Shown here: one piece after another, positions 1 through 8,557 of the stretch
How positions within the stretch are numbered: position 1 is the stretch's first letter
Layout: each line of letters starts with the position of its first letter
Source: Candidatus Eiseniibacteriota bacterium
GTDB lineage: Bacteria > Arandabacterota > Arandabacteria > Arandabacterales > Arandabacteraceae
Length of the DNA stretch: 11,964 nt
Assembly (NCBI GenBank): GCA_043810925.1
Contig: JBDRNT010000078.1
Location: 1-11,964, forward strand
Reading direction: 5' to 3'
Translations under genes and position numbers: made by a program
Notes under the pieces: generated by a model
The model's input: the letters and a program-made list of their open reading frames with translations, nothing else
Told to the model about the DNA's origin: nothing
The model's database searches: none

Positions 1-111
1 GGGGTCAGGCTTTGAATTCTTGAATTCTGGTAGGTGGGTTTCAAAAGGCAGAGTGACGCTTCAATAGCCATCGGGATGCCATCAGAATTCAAGAATTCAA
101 AGCCTGACCCC
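1..111. repeat. 111-bp element with perfect 29-bp terminal inverted repeats (MITE/REPIN-like)
   Basis: 1-29 GGGGTCAGGCTTTGAATTCTTGAATTCTG is the exact reverse complement of 83-111 CAGAATTCAAGAATTCAAAGCCTGACCCC, with a 53-nt spacer. Each arm carries a tandem TTGAATTC octamer. It lies 10 nt past the stop codon of the last gene. The repeat is certain; its mobile nature is inferred. Confidence 0.85.
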
Positions 112-121
112 AGGTGTTTCC

Positions 122-1132
122 TTAGTGGGTGGCGGTGTAGTCGGTTACGTGGATTGTGCCCGCGACTATCTCGGCCCTGATCTCCTCGACTCTCGCCAGC
201 ACCTCATCGGGAATCAGATCCTTGTTGTACTCATCGAGAGCGTAGCCCACCCCATCGATCTCAAGACCATAAACATGAACCCCGCCCTCGAACCTGCCTT
301 CAACAACGTCCTTGATGATCTGGAAGACCGAGACGTCAACGCGTTTGAGCATGCTCGTAAGGACATGACCCGGAGCCATGTAGTTCTGATTGGCATCGAC
401 ACCGATCGCAAAGAGACCCCGCTCCTGCGCAGCGTCAATTACACCGTTTCCCGTCGAACCGGCGGCCTGGAATATCACGTCGGCCCCGCGGTCGAACTGG
501 CTCAAGGCAAGACTCTTACCCTTCACGGGATCGCTGAACGCCTGGGGACCCGAACCCGCATAGGCAACGATCACGTCCGCATCGGGTCTTACGTATTTCA
601 CACCCTCGGTGTAGCCCACCGCAAACTTGTGTATAAGAGGTATCTCCATGCCTCCCACGAACCCGACCTTGCCGGTCCGGCTGACCAGTCCGGCGATTGC
701 CCCCACCAGAAACGAACCCTCATGCTCCCTGAACACAAGTGACGCAACGTTCGGCTGATCGACCTCCGCATCGATGATCGCGAACCTCTTGCCCGGGAAC
801 TCAGCCGCCACCTTATCCAGTGCATCCTTCATGAGAAACCCTACGCCGATGACAAGATCCGCTCCCTGCTCCGCGTATTGCCTCAGGTACTTCTCATCCT
901 CCGACATCTGCTCCGGCTGGCCATAGAGCGGCACTATCCCGAACTCCCTCTCAGCCTTACTCAGCCCTTCGTATGCCGAGTCGTTAAAGGACTTGTCTCC
1001 CAGACCACCGACCGAGAGTACGAGCCCGACCGTGAGCTTATCGGCTTTATCACCACCCGTATCCTTTTCACCACCCTGACAGCCTACCAGCGCAAACACA
1101 CCAGCAAGAATCCAGATCAGGCACCGTCTCAT
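122..1132 (-). CDS. BMP family (PnrA/TmpC-like) ABC transporter substrate-binding lipoprotein, probably purine/nucleoside binding
   Basis: 336 aa. Signal peptide with lipobox LVG-C18; BMP motifs GGLGDKSFND, FREHEGSFLVG, GFVGGM, ADVIFQAAG, AIGVDANQ, SMLKRVD. GGAGGT RBS at 1137-1142. Confidence 0.93.
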   Translation of the reverse strand: MRRCLIWILAGVFALVGCQGGEKDTGGDKADKLTVGLVLSVGGLGDKSFNDSAYEGLSKAEREFGIVPLYGQPEQMSEDEKYLRQYAEQGADLVIGVGFLMKDALDKVAAEFPGKRFAIIDAEVDQPNVASLVFREHEGSFLVGAIAGLVSRTGKVGFVGGMEIPLIHKFAVGYTEGVKYVRPDADVIVAYAGSGPQAFSDPVKGKSLALSQFDRGADVIFQAAGSTGNGVIDAAQERGLFAIGVDANQNYMAPGHVLTSMLKRVDVSVFQIIKDVVEGRFEGGVHVYGLEIDGVGYALDEYNKDLIPDEVLARVEEIRAEIVAGTIHVTDYTATH

Positions 1133-1143
1133 TCGAACCTCCG

Positions 1144-2856
1144 TCAGTCTATGAAAACATCAACGAACTTGAACTTGGTCACGTCGAAAAGCCCCAGGTC
1201 CGTGAGCTTAAGATCGGGCACCACCGCCAGGGTGACGAACGAAAGAGACATGAACGGATCGTCGATGCCGATACCGATCTCCTTCGCCGCTTTTTCAAGA
1301 TCCTTTATACGGTCTCTGACCGTGGTCATCGGCTCCTCCGACATCAACCCCGCCACGGGCAGCGCGAGCCGGCTCAGTACCTTACCGTCACATACTATGC
1401 TGAGCCCGCCCTTCATCCGGCAGATGTCTATGACCGCCTCCAGCATGTCTTCATCACTCGCACCCGCGACAACGATGTTGTGCGAGTCGTGCGAGACGCT
1501 CGAGGCTATTGCGCCTTTCTTCAGACCGAGTCCCTTTATGAAGCCTCTCCCGATGTTGTCGGATGCGTGATGTCGTTCGATCACCATCAGTTTGATGATG
1601 TCCCTGTCCGGATCACTCACCGCGCACCCGTCTTCTATCTTCGCATCCGTTATCACCTCGCGCGTCTTGATCTCCTTGGGAAGGATCTCGATTGCCCTCA
1701 GCTGCTTGCCCTCGGCCTTCATCTTGAAATCACCGACCTCGAGGAATTTGACATTGACGGAACTTCGCAGAGTCACCTTGGGCGGGACCACGCCGAGGTC
1801 GAGCAACTCGCCATCTCGCGCAACAATCTTCCCGCGTTTGAAGACCATCTCGACGTTGATCTTGTCCAGCGAGTCCAGCACCAGCACATCCGCAGCGAAA
1901 CCCGGGGCAATGGCACCAAGCTTGTCCATCTTGAAATACTCCGCGCAGTTTGTCGTGGCAAGCCTGACGGCTGAGACCGGCTTGATACCCCATTCGACGG
2001 CGGTCCGCACCATGAAGTCTATGTGGCCCTCATCGAGTATGTCTTTGGGGTGCCTGTCATCGGTCACGAAGAAGCACCGGCTTATGTTATACGGTGTGAG
2101 CACCGGGAGCAGGTTCTTGAGATTCTTCGTGAGCGAGCCCTCCCTCATCATGATGTGCATACCCAGACGCAGTTTCTCCGCAACTTCATCGACCGTTGTC
2201 CCTTCGTGGTCACTCCCCACCCCGGCCGCGACATACGCGCACAGATCCCTGCCACCGAGATCGGGAGCATGACCGTCGACCCGCTTCTCGTCCGCCATGG
2301 TTATCTTGTCCAGGAGATCCTGATCGCGTCTGAGGACCCCGGGATAATTCATAACCTCGCCTATCCCCAGCACCCACTTCTCCGTGAGCAGAGGGTAGAG
2401 ATCGAACCCCTTGAGACTGGATCCGCTCGTTTCAAACTCGGTCGCAGGCACGCACGACGGAAGCATCAGGAAGACATTGAGCGGGTTGTACTTGCTCGAC
2501 CTGAGCATGTACTGGATCCCCTCGAGACCGAACACATTTGCGATCTCATGCGGGTCGATCACGACCGAGGTCGTACCACGAGGGACGACGGCCCGGGCAA
2601 ACTCTCTGACCTCGACCATCGAGCTCTCTATGTGAACATGCCCGTCGATGAAGCCCGGCGAGAGGTACTTTCCCTTGACGTTCATTTCCTCTTTGCCTTC
2701 GTACCTGCCGATGCCGACGATGATGCCATCGAATATCCCGATATCGGCCTTGTAGATCTCACCCGAGAATACGTTTATCAGGCTCCCGCCTTTGAGCACG
2801 AGATCACACGGCTTCTTGCCTCTCGCCACTTCTATAACGTCGCCTAACCCTGCCAT
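1144..2856 (-). CDS. ade: Adenine deaminase (AdeC-type amidohydrolase)
   Basis: 570 aa. Motifs PGFIDGHVHIESSM, DPHEIANV, GEVMNYPGV, DGHAP, SDHE, REGS, VTDD, SHDSHN, LALPVAGLMS, LKLTDLGLFDV. Confidence 0.95.
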   Translation of the reverse strand: MAGLGDVIEVARGKKPCDLVLKGGSLINVFSGEIYKADIGIFDGIIVGIGRYEGKEEMNVKGKYLSPGFIDGHVHIESSMVEVREFARAVVPRGTTSVVIDPHEIANVFGLEGIQYMLRSSKYNPLNVFLMLPSCVPATEFETSGSSLKGFDLYPLLTEKWVLGIGEVMNYPGVLRRDQDLLDKITMADEKRVDGHAPDLGGRDLCAYVAAGVGSDHEGTTVDEVAEKLRLGMHIMMREGSLTKNLKNLLPVLTPYNISRCFFVTDDRHPKDILDEGHIDFMVRTAVEWGIKPVSAVRLATTNCAEYFKMDKLGAIAPGFAADVLVLDSLDKINVEMVFKRGKIVARDGELLDLGVVPPKVTLRSSVNVKFLEVGDFKMKAEGKQLRAIEILPKEIKTREVITDAKIEDGCAVSDPDRDIIKLMVIERHHASDNIGRGFIKGLGLKKGAIASSVSHDSHNIVVAGASDEDMLEAVIDICRMKGGLSIVCDGKVLSRLALPVAGLMSEEPMTTVRDRIKDLEKAAKEIGIGIDDPFMSLSFVTLAVVPDLKLTDLGLFDVTKFKFVDVFID

Positions 2857-4233
2857 TCACTTTTCCCCTTTCCTCACCGAGTTCCGGGTCTTCTTCTTTC
2901 TCTCGGACAGAAGTTCTCTCCATTTATCAAGTCTTGACTTGATCGTAGCTTCGTATCCCCTCCCGGTCGGCCGGTAGTACTGCCTGCCCTTCATCGCCAG
3001 CGGCAGGTAGTCCTGGTCTGCGACCCCGTCGGCGAAATCATGGGGATACTTATAGCCTTCTCCGAACCCGAGTTCGCTCATCATCCGGGTAGGTGCATTC
3101 CTCATATGTAAGGGCACCGGTGGGGTATTGTTCGATGCAACGTCTTCCTTGGCCTTCCGGTATGCCGTGTAGATCGCGTTACTCTTGGGTGCGGTCGCGA
3201 GATAGACCGCAGTCTGGGCAAGAGCGAGGTCGGCTTCCGGCATGCCGATGAAGGCAACAGCGTCCTTGGCCGCGATCGCCACTACAAGCGCCTGCGGATC
3301 GGCATTGCCTATGTCCTCGGATGCGAACCTGACCATCCTGCGCGCAACATACAGGGGATCTTCTCCTGCCTCGAGCATCCTCGCCAGCCAGTAAAGGGCC
3401 GCATCCGGGTCACTGCCGCGCAGGCTCTTGTGAAGTGCGGATATGATGTTGTAGTGCTCGTCCCCCATCCTGTCATAGAGCAAGGCCTTCTTCTGCATCG
3501 CCCCCTCGACCGTCCGCAGGTCTATCCGTATCACGCCCTCTTCATCGGGCGTGGTTGCTGCGACGGCAAGCTCGAGGGCATTCAGGGCCACCCGCCCGTC
3601 ACCATCCGCCTGACGCGTCAGGTGCTCGAGAGCATCTTTGCCAACCTCTACATTCATGTCACCCAGGCCGCATTCACGATCCTTGAGCGCACGCTCGACA
3701 ATCCCGGTGACATCTTCATCAGTGAGTTTCTCCAGCATCACGACCCGGGACCTTGAAAGCAGGGCCGAGTTGACCTCGAATGATGGGTTCTCCGTTGTCG
3801 CACCAATCAGGATGATGGTCCCTTTCTCGACATGGGGGAGGAACGCATCCTGCTGGGCCTTGTTGAACCTGTGGATCTCATCCACGAAAAGAATCGTCCT
3901 CGTGCCTTGTGTGTTCATGGTCATCTCCGCGGACGCAACCACCTCACGAATCTCTTTAACCCCGGAGGTGACCGCGCTGAAGGCGATGAACCTCGAACCT
4001 GTTAGCGTCGATATCAGATGGGCGAGGGTCGTCTTGCCTGTACCCGGCGGTCCCCAAAAGATCACAGACTGGATCTCACCCTGTTCCATCGCCTTTCTAA
4101 GGACCGTGTCGGTGCCAACGACGTGTGCCTGGCCCATGAACTCGGTGAAGTCCCTCGGCCGCATCCTGTCCGCCAGAGGGCGTCTACCGGGTTTGTCGCC
4201 GGTGTCCTGAGAAAAGAGATCACTTCGGGTCAA
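2857..4233 (-). CDS. rarA: Replication-associated recombination protein A (RarA/MgsA AAA+ ATPase)
   Basis: 458 aa. PLADRMRP, Walker A GPPGTGKT, Walker B ILFVDEIHRFNKAQQD, GATTENP, SALHKSLRGSDPDAALYWLARML, ASEDIGNADP, YKYPHD. TTG start with GAGGTG RBS at 4239-4244. Confidence 0.95.
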   Translation of the reverse strand: MTRSDLFSQDTGDKPGRRPLADRMRPRDFTEFMGQAHVVGTDTVLRKAMEQGEIQSVIFWGPPGTGKTTLAHLISTLTGSRFIAFSAVTSGVKEIREVVASAEMTMNTQGTRTILFVDEIHRFNKAQQDAFLPHVEKGTIILIGATTENPSFEVNSALLSRSRVVMLEKLTDEDVTGIVERALKDRECGLGDMNVEVGKDALEHLTRQADGDGRVALNALELAVAATTPDEEGVIRIDLRTVEGAMQKKALLYDRMGDEHYNIISALHKSLRGSDPDAALYWLARMLEAGEDPLYVARRMVRFASEDIGNADPQALVVAIAAKDAVAFIGMPEADLALAQTAVYLATAPKSNAIYTAYRKAKEDVASNNTPPVPLHMRNAPTRMMSELGFGEGYKYPHDFADGVADQDYLPLAMKGRQYYRPTGRGYEATIKSRLDKWRELLSERKKKTRNSVRKGEK

Positions 4234-4267
4234 AACACCACCTCACGTAGCAATCACAACCACCGCT

Positions 4268-5464
4268 TCACTTAGAATATACAAATGGGAAGAGAGCATA
4301 GAAAGCTACAGCTTTCCAGAGATCGTCCACCTTGACCTGATCCTCAGTCGAGTGGGCATGCTTCTCCTCACCCGGTCCGAACCCGATGGTCGGTATCGAC
4401 TTCACACCCATCGAGTAGTTGCCGTCCGTCGAGAAAGCCCACTTGCCCACGCGCGGGGGCTTGCCGTGAAGGAACTCATAGGTTTCAGCCGCCCTCGCAA
4501 CCGCCGGAGATCTCTCCTCGACCATCCAGGCCGGGAAGAACTTCTCATGTTCTTTGACCAGCCCCTTGTAGCTCGGCCGTGAATAGTTGATGATGTTCAC
4601 TTCACCCTTGGTGAACTTGGCTATGCGGTCGAGCTCACGGGCCACGCTTTCTCGCGTATCCGACGGTACGATTCTGCGGTCGATATAGATCCTGCACATT
4701 TCCGGAACGGCGTTTCTCGACGGCGTCGAGCACTCGATGTCGGTTACTGCTATGCTCCCCTTGCCCAGAAACAGGTCGGTCTGCAGTTTCGCCTGCACCC
4801 ACCGTATGCCGTCAACTACGGGCGCCATCCGGTATATTGCGTTATCACCCTCCTCGGGCGTGCTTGCATGAACCGACTTGCCCCGTGTCACAACCTCAAT
4901 CTCCACCCGCCCTCTGTGGCCGCGCTTTATGTCAAGATTCGTGCATTCACCCAGCAATACCACATCGGGTGTAAGGTTTCTTTCTTCAAACAATACGCTG
5001 AGCGCAAGTCCCTCACAGTCCTCTTCCTGGACTATGCTCACAAAATAGAGAGTGAAGTCACCTCGCGTTCCCAGCTGCTTAAGAAGTCTGAGTACCGCGA
5101 CCATACAGGCGACACCGGCCTTGTTGTCCGATGCTCCCCGGCCGTAAACCACGTTACCCTTCTTGAGGCCCGCAAAAGGATCGACTTCCCAGTTCGCAAG
5201 ATCACCGGCACCCACCGTGTCAACATGGGAGTCGTAGACAATCAACTTCTTGCCGTCCCCGATTCTTGCAACTGCGCTGCCCATCGAGTCAACGAAGACC
5301 TCATCCGGCCCGAAGCTCTCCATCTCGCGTGTTACAAGGTCGATGACTTCCCCTTCCTCGCAGCTGGGACTCTTCACCCTGATCAGCCTCTGCAGGAGGT
5401 CGCACACGTACTCTTGTTCCTTCCAGGCCAGCATCGATATTTCATTGGCCAGATCTTCAAGCAT
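4268..5464 (-). CDS. ygeY: YgeY-family M20 metallo-amidohydrolase (selenium metabolism-linked hydrolase)
   Basis: M20 ligands DSHVDTVG, GRGASD, QEED and C-terminal AH. YgeY-like segments VQEEDCEGL, RGHRGR, FLGKG, STPSRNAVP, YSRPSYKGL, KWAFSTDG, IPTIGFGPG. Start moved from 5473 to ATG 5464 because AAGGAGG (5474-5480) abuts the 5473 GTG and sits 9 nt from 5464. Confidence 0.85.
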   Translation of the reverse strand: MLEDLANEISMLAWKEQEYVCDLLQRLIRVKSPSCEEGEVIDLVTREMESFGPDEVFVDSMGSAVARIGDGKKLIVYDSHVDTVGAGDLANWEVDPFAGLKKGNVVYGRGASDNKAGVACMVAVLRLLKQLGTRGDFTLYFVSIVQEEDCEGLALSVLFEERNLTPDVVLLGECTNLDIKRGHRGRVEIEVVTRGKSVHASTPEEGDNAIYRMAPVVDGIRWVQAKLQTDLFLGKGSIAVTDIECSTPSRNAVPEMCRIYIDRRIVPSDTRESVARELDRIAKFTKGEVNIINYSRPSYKGLVKEHEKFFPAWMVEERSPAVARAAETYEFLHGKPPRVGKWAFSTDGNYSMGVKSIPTIGFGPGEEKHAHSTEDQVKVDDLWKAVAFYALFPFVYSK

Positions 5465-6344
5465 CTGTTGCACCCTCCTTTCCGTACATCATGAGTTCCC
5501 CGGACGCATTCTCTATCAGGCGCGACACGATCACGCCGGCCACATGCCTCCGGTAGTCCCGACTCGCCCTGATGTCAGTGATTGGATCACATTGCCTGGA
5601 GGTCATGTCCCCTGCCTGTCTTATAAGTTCGGCAGACGGTTCCTGGCCGGTAAGAAGAGCCTCGACCTCTTTCATTCTTATGGGCCGCGGGGCAACCGCG
5701 CCGCATGCTATCCTGACTTGATCAAACTTGCCGTCCTTACATGTCGCCGTGACGGCGGCGTTTGCCACGGAGATGGCCAGCGCATCTCTCAGACCGATTT
5801 TGGCGAATCCGGAGTAGAATCTTCCCTCCGGTCGTGAGAATCTGGCACCTGTTATGAGTTCATCGCTCCGGCGAGACGTAATACCGGGGCCCATGACGAA
5901 TTCTTCAACCGCGACTTCGCGTGCGCCGCGAAGACTCCGGAGCTCGAGCACTGCATCCAGTACCATGAGCGGGGGATAAAGATCGGCGGCCGGCGAGCCA
6001 TTCGCGATATTGCCTCCCGCCGTCCCGACATTCCGTATCTGAGGCGATCCGACGGCGCTGGCTCCCGCCCGGAGGCAATCAACGCCTTCCATCACTTCAA
6101 GCCGGGCTATCTCAGAGTGTGTAACCGCAGCACCGATGGCAACACATCCATTCTCCACCTTCGAGACCTTGAGGTCTTCCACCCCGCTTATGTGGATGAC
6201 GGCTTTCGGCAGCTTCATTCCGGTCTCCATGAGAACATAAAGATCGGTACCGCCTGCAAGCAGAGCAGCATCGCTTCCGTATTTCGCCAGGGCCTCGAGA
6301 CACTCCTCAAGACTACCCGCCACTACGGGCTCGAATTCAATCAT
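5457..6344 (-). CDS. FAD-binding medium subunit of a xanthine dehydrogenase family Mo hydroxylase (CoxM/CutM/XdhB-like)
   Basis: 295 aa. FAD motifs LLAGGTDL, QIRNVGTAGGNIANGSPAAD, GAVAPRP, DIRASRDYR. No Cys-rich 4Fe-4S insert. Confidence 0.93.
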   Translation of the reverse strand: MIEFEPVVAGSLEECLEALAKYGSDAALLAGGTDLYVLMETGMKLPKAVIHISGVEDLKVSKVENGCVAIGAAVTHSEIARLEVMEGVDCLRAGASAVGSPQIRNVGTAGGNIANGSPAADLYPPLMVLDAVLELRSLRGAREVAVEEFVMGPGITSRRSDELITGARFSRPEGRFYSGFAKIGLRDALAISVANAAVTATCKDGKFDQVRIACGAVAPRPIRMKEVEALLTGQEPSAELIRQAGDMTSRQCDPITDIRASRDYRRHVAGVIVSRLIENASGELMMYGKEGATDA

Positions 6345-7149
6345 CTCTTTCCCTCATCCACCAGTGCATGACCGCTTCAAGCACCCCGCCCGCAACCGAC
6401 CTGCCTTTATCCGATATCGTCCGGTGGTCGATCCCAGCACCCCGTGGATCAACGTCGCCGATTTTCTGCCCACCCCTCACCTCGACACCGTCCATGACCA
6501 GTCCACGGAGACGACCTGAAATCCCGGACTTCACACATACCGTGTCATCGATGACGCCAAGGACCTCACCTTTCTCGACCATCCGGCCCAGACTTGCCCT
6601 CGACATAAACGTACCCGACTCCGGAGCCCTGATAACTCGCTCGTGCGAGAACCCAGCCACCTCCCCCGGGACTCCCGTGTGGGCCTCAGCCGCGCCGTCA
6701 TAGATCACCCGTCCCAGGTCATGTCCCCTGTTGGTCTCAATCACGATGTCGACGTCCCTCCCGGCCGTGAAACCCGGTCCGAGTCCCACAACGAGCGGGG
6801 CTAGATCTCTGGATATGTGCTGGTCCCGCTTGAGCATCCTGGCATCCACGAAAACATCGGGTTTTATCTCACCCGCTATCCTTTCAAAATCCCCGGCCAG
6901 TACAGGTATATCCCCGGCGCCGGCAATCTCAACGGCTTCGTCGGCGGATGAGGCCTTGCGGGCACGCATCCCCTCGACGATTCCCGAACCGCCCGAGTTG
7001 ACCATGGCGAAGCAAACTTCTCGCCTGACGCAACGCGGGTTTTCAAGATCGACGACGAACAACTCCATTCCCGATCTTGCAAGTCTATGGGCGACAGCCG
7101 AGCCGAGCTCACCGCCGCCAGCAATCAGCACACGCGGAAGGGTCATCAT
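6337..7149 (-). CDS. yqeB: Selenium-dependent molybdenum hydroxylase system protein YqeB (EF2563 family)
   Basis: GGGELGSAVAHRL, VRREVCFA, VDARMLKR, VGLGPGFTAG, IETNRGHDLGR, TGVPG, ERVIRAP, RGL, KIGDVDPR, ISDKGRSVAGGVLEA. Start most likely ATG 7149 (TGATG overlap with the xdhC stop; AGGA 6 nt upstream); GTG 7152 is an alternative. Confidence 0.9.
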   Translation of the reverse strand: MMTLPRVLIAGGGELGSAVAHRLARSGMELFVVDLENPRCVRREVCFAMVNSGGSGIVEGMRARKASSADEAVEIAGAGDIPVLAGDFERIAGEIKPDVFVDARMLKRDQHISRDLAPLVVGLGPGFTAGRDVDIVIETNRGHDLGRVIYDGAAEAHTGVPGEVAGFSHERVIRAPESGTFMSRASLGRMVEKGEVLGVIDDTVCVKSGISGRLRGLVMDGVEVRGGQKIGDVDPRGAGIDHRTISDKGRSVAGGVLEAVMHWWMRERDD

Positions 7150-7946
7150 CACTGTTCCTGAGTCTGCCCGGCGCTTCTCCACTCAAGCACCAGTTGACCT
7201 ACTATGCTAACCGCTATCTCTTCGGGTGTCACCGCCTTTATGTCAAGCCCCACCGGGACATGAACGCGGGCAAGATCGTCGGCCGAAACACCGTCACTTT
7301 CCAGCTTCTCAAGTATCGTCTTTGCTTTGTGCCGGCTTCCGAGCATCCCGATGTAACGCGGACGCATGGGTGCGAGCACGCGAAGCCATTCCTTGTCAAG
7401 ACTGTGCCCGCTTGTACAGACAACGACGAAAGAGGTCTCGTTTATTTCCAACATCGGTTTGAAATCATCGGGGGTTGCGACTGCGCAACGTACCCCGGCC
7501 GGCCGGTTCTCCTCTTTCAAGGCGTCCTCTCGATTATCGACAAGCACCGGGGAGAATCCCACTTCACGGGCCAGCTTCGCAACGGCCTTACCAACATGTC
7601 CCGCACCCATCACAAAGAGCAGTCTGGACTGCCCCAAAGGTTCAAGGAAGACCGACATGCTGCCGCCGCAAACTGAATCCAGATCCTCTGACCGCCCGGA
7701 AAGATCGAAATCGACGATCACGGGTTTTCCGTCGGCCATCACCTCGTGGGCCCTGTCGATGACCTGTTTCTCGGCAGCACCACCACCGATCGTGCCGGCC
7801 ATACCACCACTGGATGAGATCGCCATCTTCGCACCGACTCCTCTCGGAGCTGAGCCATCGCGTTTCACTATTGTCGCAAGGCACACCCTTTCACCGTGCT
7901 CAAGCCAGTCGTTTGCGATCTTGATTACTTCCTCGGCATCATTCAT
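7149..7946 (-). CDS. XdhC/CoxI family molybdenum-cofactor maturation chaperone
   Basis: 265 aa. N-domain LATIV..DGSAPRGVGAKM, GTIGGG, CGG; C-domain GAGHVG, GHSLD, YIGMLGSRHK, PVGLDIKAVTPEEIAVSI. Confidence 0.93.
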   Translation of the reverse strand: MNDAEEVIKIANDWLEHGERVCLATIVKRDGSAPRGVGAKMAISSSGGMAGTIGGGAAEKQVIDRAHEVMADGKPVIVDFDLSGRSEDLDSVCGGSMSVFLEPLGQSRLLFVMGAGHVGKAVAKLAREVGFSPVLVDNREDALKEENRPAGVRCAVATPDDFKPMLEINETSFVVVCTSGHSLDKEWLRVLAPMRPRYIGMLGSRHKAKTILEKLESDGVSADDLARVHVPVGLDIKAVTPEEIAVSIVGQLVLEWRSAGQTQEQ

Positions 7947-8553
7947 TCGACAGCAACCTCGATTTCAGAATGTCCCAGTCGTCGATGCTGTCAACATCGA
8001 CAAGCACCTCATCGCTGTTAATAGCTACTTGCTCAACCTCGTCGCGGTGCCTTGCAAGAAGCTCCCTTGCTCCTTGATCGCCTTGAAGCTCCATGATCTC
8101 CCTGTCGAGCTCCGAGCTGATGATTACGGGATGGCCCCATATGCCGGTGTTGACCGGCACACAGATGGGTCTGTCGGACTTCAGGTAGGCCCCGATCAGT
8201 GTATCTATGGTGCCGGGGCCGACAAGCGGTTTGTCGGCAAGTGATATCATGACGGCGCCGGGTCTGACGCCGTCCTGAAGTCGCCTCCAGCCGGCTTTCA
8301 GGGAATCGCTCATCGGGCAGGGAGCGGCAATCGCGACAAACTCCACCCTGTCTCCGGCATACTCCGCAGCGATCTCCTCAAAGCCTGCGATCCACCCTGC
8401 TATGACCGCACATACCGACGACACCGAGCTTTCCATGTGGTTCGCCAGAGCAATCTCAAAAACCGTCTTGCCGCGAACGCACATCAGCAACTTCGGTTTC
8501 CCCATTCTGCTCGACATCCCCGCTCCAAGCAGCACACACGCCACATCTTTCAC
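7939..8553 (-). CDS. mocA: MocA/YgfJ-like nucleotidyltransferase (probable molybdenum cofactor cytidylyltransferase)
   Basis: 204 aa. LGAGMSSRMGKPKLL, MSDSLKAG, LADKP, GHPV, GDQGAR, DVD. Context of an XDH-family enzyme, which typically uses MCD. GTG start with GAGGTGA RBS at 8560-8566. Confidence 0.85.
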   Translation of the reverse strand: MKDVACVLLGAGMSSRMGKPKLLMCVRGKTVFEIALANHMESSVSSVCAVIAGWIAGFEEIAAEYAGDRVEFVAIAAPCPMSDSLKAGWRRLQDGVRPGAVMISLADKPLVGPGTIDTLIGAYLKSDRPICVPVNTGIWGHPVIISSELDREIMELQGDQGARELLARHRDEVEQVAINSDEVLVDVDSIDDWDILKSRLLSNE

Positions 8554-8557
8554 CGTA

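Noticed and set aside
1..111. CRISPR array or classical Rho-independent terminator
   Set aside because: The two copies are inverted rather than direct, and no cas genes are present. The stem and loop are far larger than a typical terminator, and any minus-strand U-tract would fall outside the window.
2854..2859. rarA UGA directly in frame with the ade ATG (possible readthrough fusion)
   Set aside because: Both proteins are complete, a purine-rich RBS precedes the ade ATG, and a RarA-adenine deaminase fusion has no rationale. UGA is simply the dominant stop codon here.
4234..4267. GT-rich 34-nt spacer between ygeY and rarA as a promoter, riboswitch or sRNA
   Set aside because: It is too short, has no convincing -35/-10 pair or stable hairpin, and is partly explained by the rarA RBS.
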